Assembly: GCF_036321535.1 (NCBI RefSeq)
Contig: NC_087437.1
Span: 25,732,001-25,796,000 of the forward strand
DNA length: 64,000 bases
Source of the DNA: Camelus dromedarius
Lineage: Eukaryota
Direction: 5' to 3'
A model generated the notes under the pieces. The model ran no database searches and was not told the DNA's origin. It worked only from the letters and a program-made list of their open reading frames with translations. The translations under genes and the position numbers were made by a program. Positions within the stretch are counted from its first letter, which is position 1. Every line of letters begins with the position of its first letter. This document shows, one piece after another, positions 11,180 through 23,890 of the stretch.

Positions 11180-11580
11180 TGTTATGAGCTAAATTGTCCC
11201 CCCAAAACTTATGTATTGAAACCCAAAACTCCAATACCTCAGAATGTGACTATGTTCAGAAATAGGGTCTTTACACAGGTATTAAAACGAAGCTGTTAGG
11301 GTGGAACCCTAATCCAATCTGATTGTTGTCCCTTTAAGAAGAGGAAATTTAGACACAGGAAGAGATACCAGGGCTGCACACACAGAAAGGAAAGGCCATG
11401 TGGAAACACAGGGAGAAGGCACCCCTCTTGAAGCCAAGGAGAAAAACTTCACAAGACACCAAATCTGGCGACACCTTAATCTTGGACTTCTGGCTTTCAC
11501 AACTGTGAGAAAGTAAATTATGTGGTGTAAGCCTCCCAGTCTGTGGCATCTTGTTATGATAGCCCTAGCAAACTAGTACA
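11180..11580 (+). mobile_element. MaLR solo LTR (MLT1B-like)
   Basis: Begins tgttatgagctaaattgtcccccc, ends ttgttatgatagccctagcaaactagtaca; near-matching 5-bp TSD gtccc/gcccc. Confidence 0.88.
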
Positions 11581-12312
11581 GCCCCCTAGCCCTGCACACC
11601 CCGTCGGCCCAGAAGCACCTGGAGACCCTCCTGGCCTGCACTCTTGGCTCGCACCCTCACACTCTTTCACGTGAAGATCCAGTACCCTGTGAATTCATCT
11701 TCCATTTTTCCCAAGGGCATGGAGAGCTGCAGGTGGGGTCACCCCCTTCCTCTTCCCATGCAAACCCCCCATTGCTTCTCACCTCTCTGCAGTGGATGAC
11801 CCCTGCAGGCTTCCTGCTTGCAGAAATCCCCAGATAAGCCATAGTCACTGGGTTCAAATTACCTCCAAACCCCTGGAGCACCTGTGAAGCTCTCCCAAGT
11901 AGTAGACCTCACTCCAATGGTTAGACCACAGTAAGCCTGCGTGTGGAACTGCATCCAGCCAAGAGAGGAAATGCCACTTCTTATAGGAGCCCCATCCCTA
12001 AGAGTGAGTCTTCTGGAGCACCTTCCCTATATCTCAGGGGACAGAACCTTGACCAGTGTAATTATTCCATAATCTTTTTATATAAGCATGTGGGGGCAGA
12101 GGAGCTGATTGAAGGGACAGCACCAGTTTTGCACCTCTCAGGAAGCCCAAAGAGAAGTGTCTGTCCTTAATTGTTGGCAGCTCTCTTTAGCATGTGAACA
12201 CTTCTTTGTTCTCAACTTTGAAGCTTATTCACTTATTTGGAAGGAACAAGAAAAGTACAACTCCACACAGGTATATAGTCCAAGTTTTTACTCAGGCAAA
12301 GAAAATATAGAG

Positions 12313-12708
12313 TTTTTTAAATTGAAGCATAGTTGATTTACAACGCTGTGTTAGTTTCTGGTGTACACCATAGTGATTCAGTTATATGTATATATGCATT
12401 CTTTTTCATATTCTTTTTCATTATAGGTTATTATAAGAATATTGAATATAGTTCTCTGTACTATACAGTAAGACTTTGTTGTTTATCTATTTTATACATA
12501 GTAGTTTGTGTCTGGTAATCCCAAATCCTAATTTATCCCTTTCTCCTCCCTTTCCCCTTTGGTAACCATGAGTTTGTTTTCTATGTCTGTGAGTCTGTTT
12601 CTGTTTTGTAAATAAATTCATTTGCACAAGTTTTGTAGATTCCACATACAAGTGATATCATATGATATTTGTCTTTCTGTGTCTGACTTAACTTCACTTA
12701 GTGTGATA
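12313..12708 (-). mobile_element. 5'-truncated L1 3'UTR, cetartiodactyl type
   Basis: ttttaaattgaagcatagttgatttacaacgctgtgttagtttctggtgtac..; degenerate TSD aagaaaatatag / aagaaaatgtag. Confidence 0.85.
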
Positions 12709-13029
12709 AGAAAATGTAGTTTTGACTATAACCAATGTGGTCTGCACATCAGCCCCCCACTTTCTAGGAGGTAGTGGGACACAAATCAACTTTTATTCCT
12801 GTTTGATTTGACACTCGGTCCAACCCCTTAAACAGCCCCTTCAGGTGACACTCAGTCTCCTGGGATAGCTGCTCAGTCTTTTCATACAGTAAACAATGTT
12901 CAGTGGCTGTTAGTGTTTATGTCACTTTGTGCACACGTGTGTCATCGAGTAAACTCCTAGAAGAGGAACTGCTGAGTCAAACACCAATCAATGAATTTTT
13001 TTAAATATCTGATAGATACTTTAAAAATG

Positions 13030-13755
13030 TATTTATGAATAAACATTGATTTGACATCTTGCCAGGCACAGTTGATAAACAAAACAGAAAAATTAATTTC
13101 TGCCCTTGTGGAGCTTACATTCTCATGGAAAGAAGCAGACAAAACCAAAATAAATATCAGTCATACAGTATGTTAGAAGATGCTAATAGCTGTAGAGATA
13201 GAGAAAAGTAAAAGGGAATGAGATCAGGAGGGTGCAATTTTAAATCAAGTGATGAGTGAAGGCCCCATTGAGTTGGTAGTATTTCATCGAAGACCTGAAA
13301 GAAGTAAGGGATGTGGCTCTGCAGGTATCTGGGGAAGACTGTTCCCGGAACAAGCAACATCCCACACAAAGGTTCTAGAATGGAAGGGTTTCTGATATGT
13401 TCAAGGAAAAACAAGTAGGCCAGTGTGGCTGGAGCAGAGGGAGCTAGAAGAACAGAGTAAGAGATAAGATTGAGAGGTAAGGGGCCAACTTACTTAGGGC
13501 CTTACAGCCCATTAAAGGATTTAGGCTTTTGCACTTAATTTAATGTGAAGCCAATGGAAGGATCTGAGCAAGACGTGTGGCATAATCTGGCTTCGGTTTT
13601 AAAATACTTACTCTACACGTGTGTTGAGAATAGACGTTGGGGGCAAGAATGGCAGCAGGGAGGTGGAAGAGGAGGCTGTTGAGGTAGCCCAGATGAGAGA
13701 TATGTGGACTCAGACCTGGATGGCAGGGGCAGAGGCGCTAAAATGTGGTCAGAGT
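13030..13755 (-). mobile_element. L2 (L2a-like) fragment, lying between pieces of an old antisense L1
   Basis: tgcccttgtggagcttacattc..aggccagtgtggctggagcagag..gtagcccagatgagaga, characteristic antisense L2. Confidence 0.8.
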
Positions 13756-14289
13756 CTAACTAGAGTTGGAATGCATGTGGCACAGGTTGCCAAATTGCCC
13801 TCTAGAGCAGTTGCACCAATTTATCTTCCCATCAACAAAGGAGGCTTCCTGTTTCCCCACACCCTGGCCAGTGCAGCACAGCAGCAAACCCCTGAGGCTT
13901 TGCCACACTGGCAAGATTTAAAAAAAAAAACAAAAAAAAACAGGAATTCCACAGCCCTCAAGAGCAATTGCCCCGCCCATCTTCATCTGTCACGAGGTGA
14001 GTGGGGTCCACCAGCAGGCTTGCTGAGACCTCAGCTGTGGCACAGTAGAGAATGGCAGAAAATTGGAATTGAAGGGTTACCGGGGCCAAGGGAATTGATC
14101 TAAATTAGGCTGGTCCTCAAGGAGGTGTGGCAAGGCACCAAATGACAGTGCCCAGAGGAGATGGAACTGAGTGGCATAAAGAAGGAGGGTAGATCTACCC
14201 TGGGTCAATGGATGGCCAGAGTGATTCAAAATAGGGCTTCGGACAGTGGTACAGGCTTCAGGGAAAAGAGACCAACTCAGAAGAGAAGA

Positions 14290-14435
14290 ACAGAGTGGTT
14301 AAAAGCAGGAAACTTGGTGCCACGTTACCTGGGTTCAAACCCTGAGTCTGCCACTGACTGGCTGTGTCACCACAGGCCAATTACTTATCCTCTCTGGGCC
14401 TTAGATGCTTCATCCTTTAAAAAGGGTATAAGATT
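14290..14435 (+). mobile_element. MIR SINE
   Basis: cctgggttcaaaccctgagtctgccactgactggctgtgtcacc..ttacttatcctctctgggcc core. Confidence 0.75.
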
Positions 14436-14577
14436 CAATAGCTAGCTATCCATCAAGAGCTGAGAGCAGCATCTGGCATAAAATACAGGCTAAGAAGAGG
14501 AACCCAGCAAGAAGCAGTTCAGGCTCAGGAGAAAGCAAATGAAAACAAGGCAACTGAAGAACGTAAATACCCCAGGT

Positions 14578-14643
14578 TTCTTTTTTCTTTTCTTTTCTTT
14601 TTCTTTTTTTTTTTTTTCTTTGATTTGTTTGTTTGTTTGTTTT
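14578..14643. repeat. T-rich simple repeat (TTTTC)n / poly(T) / (TTTG)n
   Basis: Directly visible. Confidence 0.9.
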
Positions 14644-17404
14644 GGAATGATCCACAAGTTGTGAGAAAGCTCCGAAGTTTAAGCACAGCAGGATACAACC
14701 AATCCAGATTAATCATTTCAGTTCAGTTTGAGGCCTAGGACCAAAGGAGCAAAAATACACCTTTTAAATATTAACTCAGCACCAGGGCCACTGCTTTCCC
14801 AAATGACACCTTTTTGGAAATTGGAGGGTGAAGGGGGAGCCCCTTCCCCAAAACATTTCCAAGCTATTTGCTAGGAAATTATTATAGATACACCAACATA
14901 CAAAAGCCCTGATGTGAATGGAGTCCCCAGCATCGTGCAGTGTGCGTTTTACACAACAGCACACATCAGCCTTCCAGCTCCAGCTGAAAGTTTGTTTCCC
15001 TGTCTTTTTGCAATAGGTTGCATACTCTTTATCATGAAAAGTTTTAAATAAGAAAAAGAAGAATGGATAAGCCACATTAATCCTTCCTCTTCTTGTGGTA
15101 GACTGGAATATTTTCATCCTTATCAGATTTTAAAATAAATTCCTGAAAATCCTTTTTACATGAGATGAGACTACTTCAAAATGCAATTAAAAAAAAAAAA
15201 AGTTCAAGTTGTTTAACAGCAAAGAATGTTGGATATGATCTAAAGTTGGAAAAGCTGTGTAAATAACTCTTTCGTTTTGAAATAAACTTCTGGAGAAGTT
15301 TAATAAAACCTGAAAGACTTTAAAAACATTTCCGCAACAATCAGGGTCCACAGAAGAATATGACAGGGCTTGAGGCAGTTCGGCTGAAACAAACACAAAC
15401 TCTTCTAGTTTGGGTAGGGTTTTCCCCCCAAATTATTTTCCTTTTCATCACAAAATAGAAAACCTCTTTGTTTCATGTATCCAGCTGAGCCCCCGTGGGC
15501 ATTCATTCTGGTTTGGTCCTCGGCTAAATGCAGAGAACACAGTGGGTCTGTTTCAAGTCGACGCTATGGAGGCGTCATGAATTCATCACTCTGCTGTCAC
15601 AAATGTCCTCCTACAGTGCTTTTCATTGCCCAGTGGTACCAGAAGAAAGGAGCCGGTATTGTTTATGAAATGGCTGTGAAACAGATATTTGATTCCTTTT
15701 TCCCTCCGAATCTGTTATAAGCAACAGAAGCAAAGGAAGGAGGAAGGAATTAAAAACAAGAAGGGCAGTCACTTCAGTAGCGTCACACAGAGCAGAAGGA
15801 AAAGGGGAGAAAGGAATAGAAGGGAAGAGTTGAAAGAGGAAAGAAGAAAGGCAGAGGGAAAGCGTGAGGGAAATAATCTCTGTTCTCCAACCTCACCTCT
15901 GGAATATAAACGGACCCTAATTTGGAGGAAGTTTGGTGGTTTTTTTTTTAATGGCTAGTGTTGATACCTTGTTAAGCTGTGATCTTTATATATTTTTTGC
16001 AACATCATGAGTCCAATATTCATCTGAGACTTTCCTTTCCCAAAGTTGTGCTATTTAGACTTTTATCAGAACCTCTGGGTAATCAAAAAGGAGGTAAATT
16101 TGAAACAGTCTTGGAGAAACCTGGGAGTATCTCTCCTTTCACTCTACCCTCAGGGCCCGGACTAGGATGTGCAAATTAAGACCCCAAGATGCAAAGTCTA
16201 AGGAGGCACTCACTCTCAGGCCCACCCGGCACTCACGTGAACCTGACTATGGGTGTCTCCTTAAATTTAGCACCTGGGTGGCTCGCTCCTCCTGCCATAG
16301 TCCCGCCCTGCCAGCAGCTCCCAGCGCGTCAGCCCTGGCAGTAATCTCAGTGCTCTTTCTCTTATTTCCACCCAAACGCCAGGTGCTTTGTCTCCTTTCC
16401 CTTCTGAATCTCCACTCTATGCCTCCACTCCTTCCCACACCACCTCAAGCCTTGGTCTCACCTCCCTCATCCAAGCTGCTTCTGTCTTTAGGAACCTATG
16501 GCTGAGTTTTAAACAAGCCACCAAGAATTTCAGAGGTTAATAAGTTGTTTTGGGCCTCATTTCCGGGGGGGGGGGGAGGATTTTCTTTGTTGTGCTAGGA
16601 AACTATAAAACCAAGTTTACTGACAACGTCATGCCTTAAAAACCACCCACAGGTTTATCCAAAGCAAGATTTTTATCTAAGGATGAAGTGAAGTCCAACT
16701 AGATGGGCCTTTCTAGTTAGTTATACAGTAGATTACTTTATTGTTAGTTTAGATGCCTGACTGAGGTTTTCTAGAGGAAATCGTGATGTCACAGAGGCAC
16801 CTGCTGGGGGCTTGCTTCAGTCATCCAGAGCCATCCTTTCTCCCCACTCAGCCTTCCTTCCCTACAGACAGTTGAACTGTTATGCAGAGGGGTGGATCAT
16901 ATCCCTCAGGTGTGTTGAGCAGCACGGTTTTTGCCGGAGATTGCCTAATGACTCCGGAGAGAATAAAGTGACTTATGTCAAAGCAGCAGGGCTCCAGAGA
17001 AGTCCCACATGCTTAACGTCAGGTAGGCAGAGCCGTTTCTTGGTCAGAGACTCCCCTACAGCGCCCTCCAAATCACCGCAGGGGGCAGTCGGTGCTTTCC
17101 CCACTTCCTCTAGAAACAGCCTCTGGATCCTGAAACACAATTCTTCTTTTGGTTCTTTTGATGACAGAGCAACAGCAAAAATGCTGCGGCAATCAAAACC
17201 GCCTAAAAGCAGCATATTAACTGTTCAGAGTTTTAATTGAGTTAATCAAGGAAACGTCAGCACATATGCTCTCCGCGGTTTTTCGCGCAGAGATGATTCG
17301 ATGCCGCGTCCTTGAGACTTGGTGCGCGTTCTCACAGAGACGACTCCCTCCGCCAGACGGTACTTCAGAATGCAAGGAGTGACTTCCTCATGGGATGAAG
17401 GTAG

Positions 17405-17605
17405 GAATGATGTGCCAGACATTTACAGACACGGTCTCATCTAATTTTCCAAAGAACTATGCCAGACGCACACCCCTGTGTCATCATTTTGCAAAGGAAA
17501 TTGATGTTCAGAGAAATTCAATGGCTTTCCTAAGTCACTCGGTGTGGAAAAGGTGGGGTTAGGCTTGGAACCCATGTCTATCTAATCCCGTGGGACTTTG
17601 CACTC
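17405..17605 (-). mobile_element. MIR SINE
   Basis: atgtgccagac..cattttgcaaaggaaattgatgttcagaga..cctaagtcac..ttggaacccatgtct, antisense MIR. Confidence 0.65.
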
Positions 17606-18445
17606 TTTGCCCCCCTTCACCCCTCCCCCACCACTGTTTACTCCCGTGAGGTAGGAACCTTGGGAACCCGCGTGCTTGGTTGGAAGCTTGGTCTATTAAT
17701 AAAAACTGGGCCTTGGACTTTCTTTTCTGAGCTCTAATCAGTGGACTAATGCTGAACGAATCTTCTGAGGCTGCCTCGTGCAATTCTTTTAAATTATGAT
17801 GGGAAAACGAAAGTGCAGTGATTGAAGTCCTATGCCCCTAGTGAGCCACTGAGTCAGTGCCGGAGCAAGACCAGCGGGGACTCCGAGGCGCTGCGCTGCC
17901 ACCGCACGGGTCCACCAAGATCCCCCAAGGAGAGTCCTGCGTCCTGGACGTGGGCTGCTGACTCTCGCAAGCCCCCGACCTTTCTGGGGACACACAGGCA
18001 AGTGGTGAGGTCTGGAGTAGGGGTGAGGGCAGCACCCACACTTGTTTGACTTCCGGGTTCTGTTTCGTTTCAGCAGAGTAATTCTTGTCAAAACCCTGTA
18101 GAGAAAACAGATATTAGAGTGAACAGGAAATAGGTTCTCTAGCACTCTTCCAGGTTGATTCCTGCATCTTCCAAGACTTCTTGTTTCTCTCGTCCTCAAG
18201 CACTTACAGGGTTCCCTACGGCAGTACCAGATCCAAATGACTCCTTAAGTCACCACCACCACCCTCAACTCTTTGTAATCTGTTTTCCAACACGGCCCTT
18301 TGGTCCAAGTCACCCAGTCTACATGTAGGAGCCCCACCCCCACACACCCTCCAGCACCCACTTCTAGCCCAGTTCTCCTGCCATGGCTCCTGGATTACTG
18401 CCTCCTCCCCCATTCTGCACCCTCCCTCCCCCAGTTCCTCTAAGC

Positions 18446-18659
18446 CAGGGTTGCAGTCACAAATGTCTTCAGTGGCCACGCAGGTATGAAAAATGTGTGG
18501 AGTGCTGGCTGCACAATGATAGGGAATGGTGGGAAGTGTAGCAAAACTAAAAAGTGCAAGCCCCACCTAAAGAAATTCAAATTTAAAACATTTAAAACAT
18601 TCTGCTGATCAAAGTACTTCTACAGCCTGAACTCAGGGGGCATCAGTTTTCGACCTCTG
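18446..18659. mobile_element. hAT-Charlie type non-autonomous DNA transposon remnant
   Basis: Termini cagggttgcagtcac.. / ..gttttcgacctctg resemble Charlie-family terminal inverted repeats. Confidence 0.5.
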
Positions 18660-19212
18660 TTGGGCCTCCACTCTAACCTGTAGGTGTTACTGTCTTCAAA
18701 TCCTGACTCCAGGTCAAATTTATTTCTCTAGTGTTTTCTTTACTAATCACCACTCCTTTTAACTGTATGTACAATTTGTACCATATTATCTGGCTTTTGA
18801 TTTCACACCTTGAGGGCAAGAACGGTTTCCCTGTGTTTTATATCTCAGCTTTATACCAGGCCCTACCTCAAATTTACTTAACCAGAACTTCCAGAGATAT
18901 CTAGTGCATAGTGTACAGGTTTGATGAAAAGAGCCCACATTTGATGCAAGTCCTAAGTGTATAGATGTGTGTTATTGGCATCTTAGGAAACTCCTAATAA
19001 TGGGGCAGAAGTTAATTTTCTGTATCCCCATAGTTTGGAGGAGAGAAAACGTTGTTTTTAATTTGCACTAATACAAATAAACCATATGGCTTTCTGAATG
19101 ACACAGTCACTGTGACACCCAGCCAGCTACGCCTGGGCCATTTCTCACTTGTCTCCCCAAAAGCTGTCAACGTAAAAGTTAACCTTAATGGCCCATGAAT
19201 CCACCTATCATC

Positions 19213-19231
19213 TGCTGCCCTCTAGTGGATA
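19213..19231 (-). promoter_or_regulatory. Strong CTCF motif (reverse orientation)
   Basis: Reverse complement TATCCACTAGAGGGCAGCA fits the CTCF core CCASYAGRKGGCRS with no mismatch; lies in non-repeat sequence. Confidence 0.7.
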
Positions 19232-20739
19232 GAAGGGATATAGTGAACAGTGTGGTCCAGAATCCAGAGCTCCCTGAGCCTAACCCCAGAAGACAGTTAA
19301 CAGTCACAGAAAAATCGTCCCTTCCTCTGTAGTGTAGAGTTGGAGTAATTAAAATAAAAACAGGAAAAATTACAGAGGAATCAAGCTACTGTTTTCCACT
19401 AACACACTGGAAGGCAAAGTGTGTGTTAAAATAAGTATGAGTCAAAAATTCAACATCTTTTTTTAAAAAATAACTTTCAGTGGTATTTTTCCTATTATAG
19501 GAAATTATGTAAACCTCATTGTACCAGTTTTTCTTTATTACACAAATATGTGTTCATCTTAGAAAATACAGATAAGCAACAAAATAAAAATGAAACCACC
19601 CTCCATGAAAATACCACTGGCAACATTGTAAGTGTGTCATTCTAGACATTCTTGAATGCATATGTAGACACAAGATTTTGTTTTAACAAATACAGGATCA
19701 CATTTTGAATCCAGTTTCACAAGCAGCTTCTTTACTGAGGTATTCTGAGGTCACAAAAGTGTTCATGTTTCCTGAAATCATTCCTTACATGTGTGTTTCA
19801 GCTACTCAGAGAGGAGGCTTGTGAGTGTGCTAGGACAGGCAGTTACCTGGAGCCCTTGCCCATCTAACTTTTCCAGCAACCACAGCATATCATTTTATCT
19901 TAATATGGTAATTAAAATAATAAATCTGAGCATATGGAAAATAAATTAGCATTAATACTATCTAATGTAACTGTATTCATCATGGTGAGTTGTTTAATTA
20001 AGATACACTACAGTTGTGGATTTAAACTTTGTGGATATGGCATTCTATCCCTGCTTAATATATATTATTTTAATTATATCTATATGAAAGATTTTTTTCC
20101 CCGAAGAATTATAGGAGGTATTTAACTCTCTTAAGAGAAGATTTCAAGTGTAACCAATCTGGACTTCTCTCAGAAACAAAACACAAATCATCATTCCTCC
20201 AAGCATGTGTAGTTTGTCCTCACACTATAAACACAACAAGGAAAAGCACAGCATCTACTTAAGAGGAAGCCCTGATGGTAGGAATGAAAGACAGCATGAC
20301 CAGATTTAATGTTAAAACAAAACTAAAAACTCCAGAATGGTACTTGAGTGAGCGTAATGGGAACGTATTGTTCCTTATAATGATTTTAAATGGAAATTAC
20401 AATTCAATCACAAATAAAAGTAAATTGTAGACAGTCAGGCGAACAAATCGGTTACACTCGGATTCACGGTGATTATCAAATTAGCAGCTACTCATTCACC
20501 ACTAACCATTTTCAGTCCTCTTGGTCTCCCTAACAGCACTGAACTGCAGCTTCATGGTGATTGCCGTGGTGGCAGCTCATCAGAGCTGTGTTTTAGCTGT
20601 GCTTTTATCTTCCCTGTTTTTCCTTTTCATTGCTTGCCAAGGTTAAAAAAAAAAAAAAAAAAAGAGCATTAGAAGAGTGAGAACATGTGCTTGCACCTGT
20701 TTTTAAAATTGTGCAGCACCAGTTGAAGGCCTAGCTCCT

Positions 20740-21105
20740 GGCTGCCTCATTACCTGTCTCCTAGCACTCGCCCCTCATCAGCTCCACTCCAGCCATGCTG
20801 GTCTCCTTTCTGTTTCTCCACTCTAAGCACACTCCTGCCTCAGGGCCTTTGCACCTGCTATTCCCTTTGCTAGAACATCCTTCCCACCTGCATATGCACA
20901 GGTTACCACTTGGCTTCATTAGGGTGAGTTCAAATACCCCCTCCTTGGAGAGCTTGGCCTTCCCCAGCTGACCCTTTCAAAATAGTCCCTCCTGTCAATC
21001 TCTACTCACCCCCATTCTGCTTTGTTTTTTTCTCCCCCGACTATCCATCACCACCTGACATGATATTATATACCCACTTTATGTTTCTGGGTTTATTGAA
21101 TGAAC
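20740..21105 (+). mobile_element. L2 fragment
   Basis: ctccagccatgctggtctcctttctg..cctgcctcagggcctttgcacctgctattccc. Confidence 0.8.
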
Positions 21106-21109
21106 CAAG

Positions 21110-21415
21110 TATCACCCAAGGAATTCTGATGGAGAAGGCCCAGCATGAGTCTGGGAGTACAAATATTGAAAAGCTCACCAGGAGATTCTCATGCATACCT
21201 GATTAAGAACCACTGGTTTAACCACAGCTTTTGGAGTCAGATGGTCTGGGTTAAAATTCCAGCTTGGCAAGCATGGGACACTACAGCTGCAGGCCCAGTC
21301 AGATGCATAGTGACAGTGATCATCATCTCCCAGGGTTGTGCTGAAGATGACACCAGGTAATGGATCTGAGACCTCCTCTCGAACTGGAAAGTGCTGTATA
21401 AATGTTAGTTATCCG
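21110..21415. mobile_element. MER5A-like hAT MITE (~21110-21218) followed by MIR (~21225-21415)
   Basis: aagctcaccaggagattctcatgca..ttaagaaccactg, then ctttggagtcagatggtctgggttaaaattccagct..cagggttgtgctgaagat. Confidence 0.65.
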
Positions 21416-23719
21416 TGCCCTATTTCTTCTCTGAAGGTGAACTACTTATATTTTGGAGAAAGAACATTTTTAAAATAATAATGCCATCTATTTCTAATCA
21501 GAACCACAATCTCTCTGAATCAGTGTTGCTTTCTTGTAAAGCATACTCTAAATTGTTATGTCCATTTTCATCCCTGAAGACGGTGCAAAGGAGAAATTAA
21601 TGGAATTTGGCCAATCCTCGTAGCCAGTGCAAATAATTCCATATTCTGAAATTCAAAATTGCTAAAAGCGATTTTTGCCTGCTTTGCCCCAGAGTGGCCT
21701 AGGTGAACAGGCGGTCTCCCCACCCTCCATCCCCGCGCTGAGCATCCCTGAACGTCGCCCTTCATCCGGCTCACCCCGTGGGGTGGGAGCCGCTGGCGCC
21801 TGATGCCACAGCCAACAGGCGGGAGCGCGCGGAGATGACGGACAGATGGTGACAGCGCTGCCTAGAAAGACCGGGAGACAGCATTTCAGGAAGCAGCAAG
21901 CGGAAACGGGGCATTTTGGAAACATTCGCTCTATTCACAAGAGAGTCTAACTTGATCTCCGAAAGGGCTGGGTCCTGTGTCAAAAAAAGCAACCGGTGAA
22001 TTGAGGAGGCTCAGACTCGGACCGCCAGCCCGCACCTCCCAAGGTCTCATAACAAAGCTCTCTGGTAGGAATTAGTCCTCCAGAGAACTGATTTACGCCC
22101 CCCTTTTATGACAGAGGTAACCAGGAAAAGACTTAAGAAACACACAAGCGGGGGCTTTTTATTCGTGTTTACGTAACCAAGGAAATGAATATTTTATAGA
22201 TGTACTTCTATTTATAAACTCCTCTAGCCAGGTTTAATTAGATCAAGAGTGACACCTAGTGGACAAGGTTTGCTAAACTATTTTGTCCCCCTGCAAAATC
22301 AAATTAATTTCGCTTATAAAAAATTATTCCATCAATAAAAATGTTTTTTAAAAATTACTCCACAGTATAAGCAAGCTGTCATAAAGCCAATGCCTTTGAA
22401 AATTGCACCCAAAATCCTGTAACTTCAGTCTCTTTAAGAACAACAGCAAAAGGAGACTGACAGACTAGATACAGTTTTAAAACATTTGTGTGCGGATAGT
22501 GAAAGGAAACAGTAAAAGAAGTAAGACAAATCTTTGTCCCAAGTTTCTTTAGTGTGGTGTGAAAATTTTCCATCAGACGGAGAGAGAACAATTTGAATTT
22601 GACTAGGAATCTGTGAGGAGGACTTTTAACATTGGAAGCAGATGAAAAACAATGACTGTTACCTCTAGATCTGCTGAGTGGCCTGGCCTCGGGCAGTGGG
22701 CCCCTTTACCTTGTGGGCTCCAGAAATTCACTCTTGCCCAAATCTGTGAGCTTCTGCAATCCACATGTCCCACTTTACACCGAGCAGAACCATCTATCTG
22801 GATGCCACCTTAGACTTCTATTCCCCAGATACCGTCACCACTTTTTTCCTCAAATGTTTACCCCCAAATCAGGGAATATTACCTAACACCCAGTGGACCA
22901 TAAAACAGAGCCAGGGAACTAAGGACTGCCCAGGAAGTTCAAGAGACTCACTTGCTGTAATCACACAGATACGAATTTGCCCTTTTGATTTTCATAAAGA
23001 ATTCATCCTGCCTCCTTAATGTCCTCTGGGATAATAGTTTGCTTTTTATTAGCTACTTTTCAGGAGGAGGATTTTACCAGCTCCTCAATAAAGTCGCTGT
23101 GCCTCTCTGGTGCAACCGGCTTCCTATCCCTCTCTCATCCCTGCCTGGCGTGATTGCAGCTTCCCCGTTCCTCAGTCCTCCTCACCCGCATGCCCGCCTC
23201 TCAATTGCCTTCTCCCAGGACTCCTGAGGCCCCAACCCATGATTTCCATCCCCGAGTGTTCCCACCCAGGGTTTCCCTCCCAGCTGCCTCCCAGTGATTC
23301 CTCTGAAACTCACTGAGCAAACATCAATTTGCCATGAAACAGCTCCCACCCTAGTATCTCCTTTCCCCTGGAAACATGCCCATACGACTTGGGTGCCCGG
23401 GCAGCACCGTGCTGTCGGTTTGCTCCAGCAGCCGTGTTGAGCCTAATGGCATAACTCACTCCTGTTTGTTTAATTGGTTAAATCGCATTGCAGTGTTTGT
23501 CGGGGCTGGGGTCTGGTGTGCTCACTTGCATGTGTTTTAATTTACACTCACGTTCCCCCGATGCTGAGACCCAGGGGCAGTTTAAAAATTAAAAGTTCTC
23601 AAAGCCATGCTGATGACAGTCAACATAGTTAATAGACTTCACAGCCAGCAAATACTTAATATAGGGTTAATTACCAAGAACAACTGAACTTGCAGGCCCA
23701 AGGGGTATCACTCCCTTCT

Positions 23720-23890
23720 TCGAGTTTCCCAAAACCTGGCTGCACCAGAATCACCAGGAAACCTTCACGAACAGACACAACCCAGAAATCTCCTGAACTA
23801 AAATGTCAAGGCAGGAACCTGGAACATCTATTTCCACAAGCTCTCAGTCAGCCCCACATAATTTCAGTCCAATGTTTGGAAGCATTGCTT
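23720..23890. mobile_element. MER5B-like hAT MITE
   Basis: tttcccaaaacctggctgcaccagaatcaccagg..acaagctctcag..gtttggaagcattg. Confidence 0.65.

Noticed and set aside
21830..21862. REST/RE1-like site (cggacag..gacagcgc)
   Set aside because: The TTCAGCACC half is missing and the spacing is wrong.
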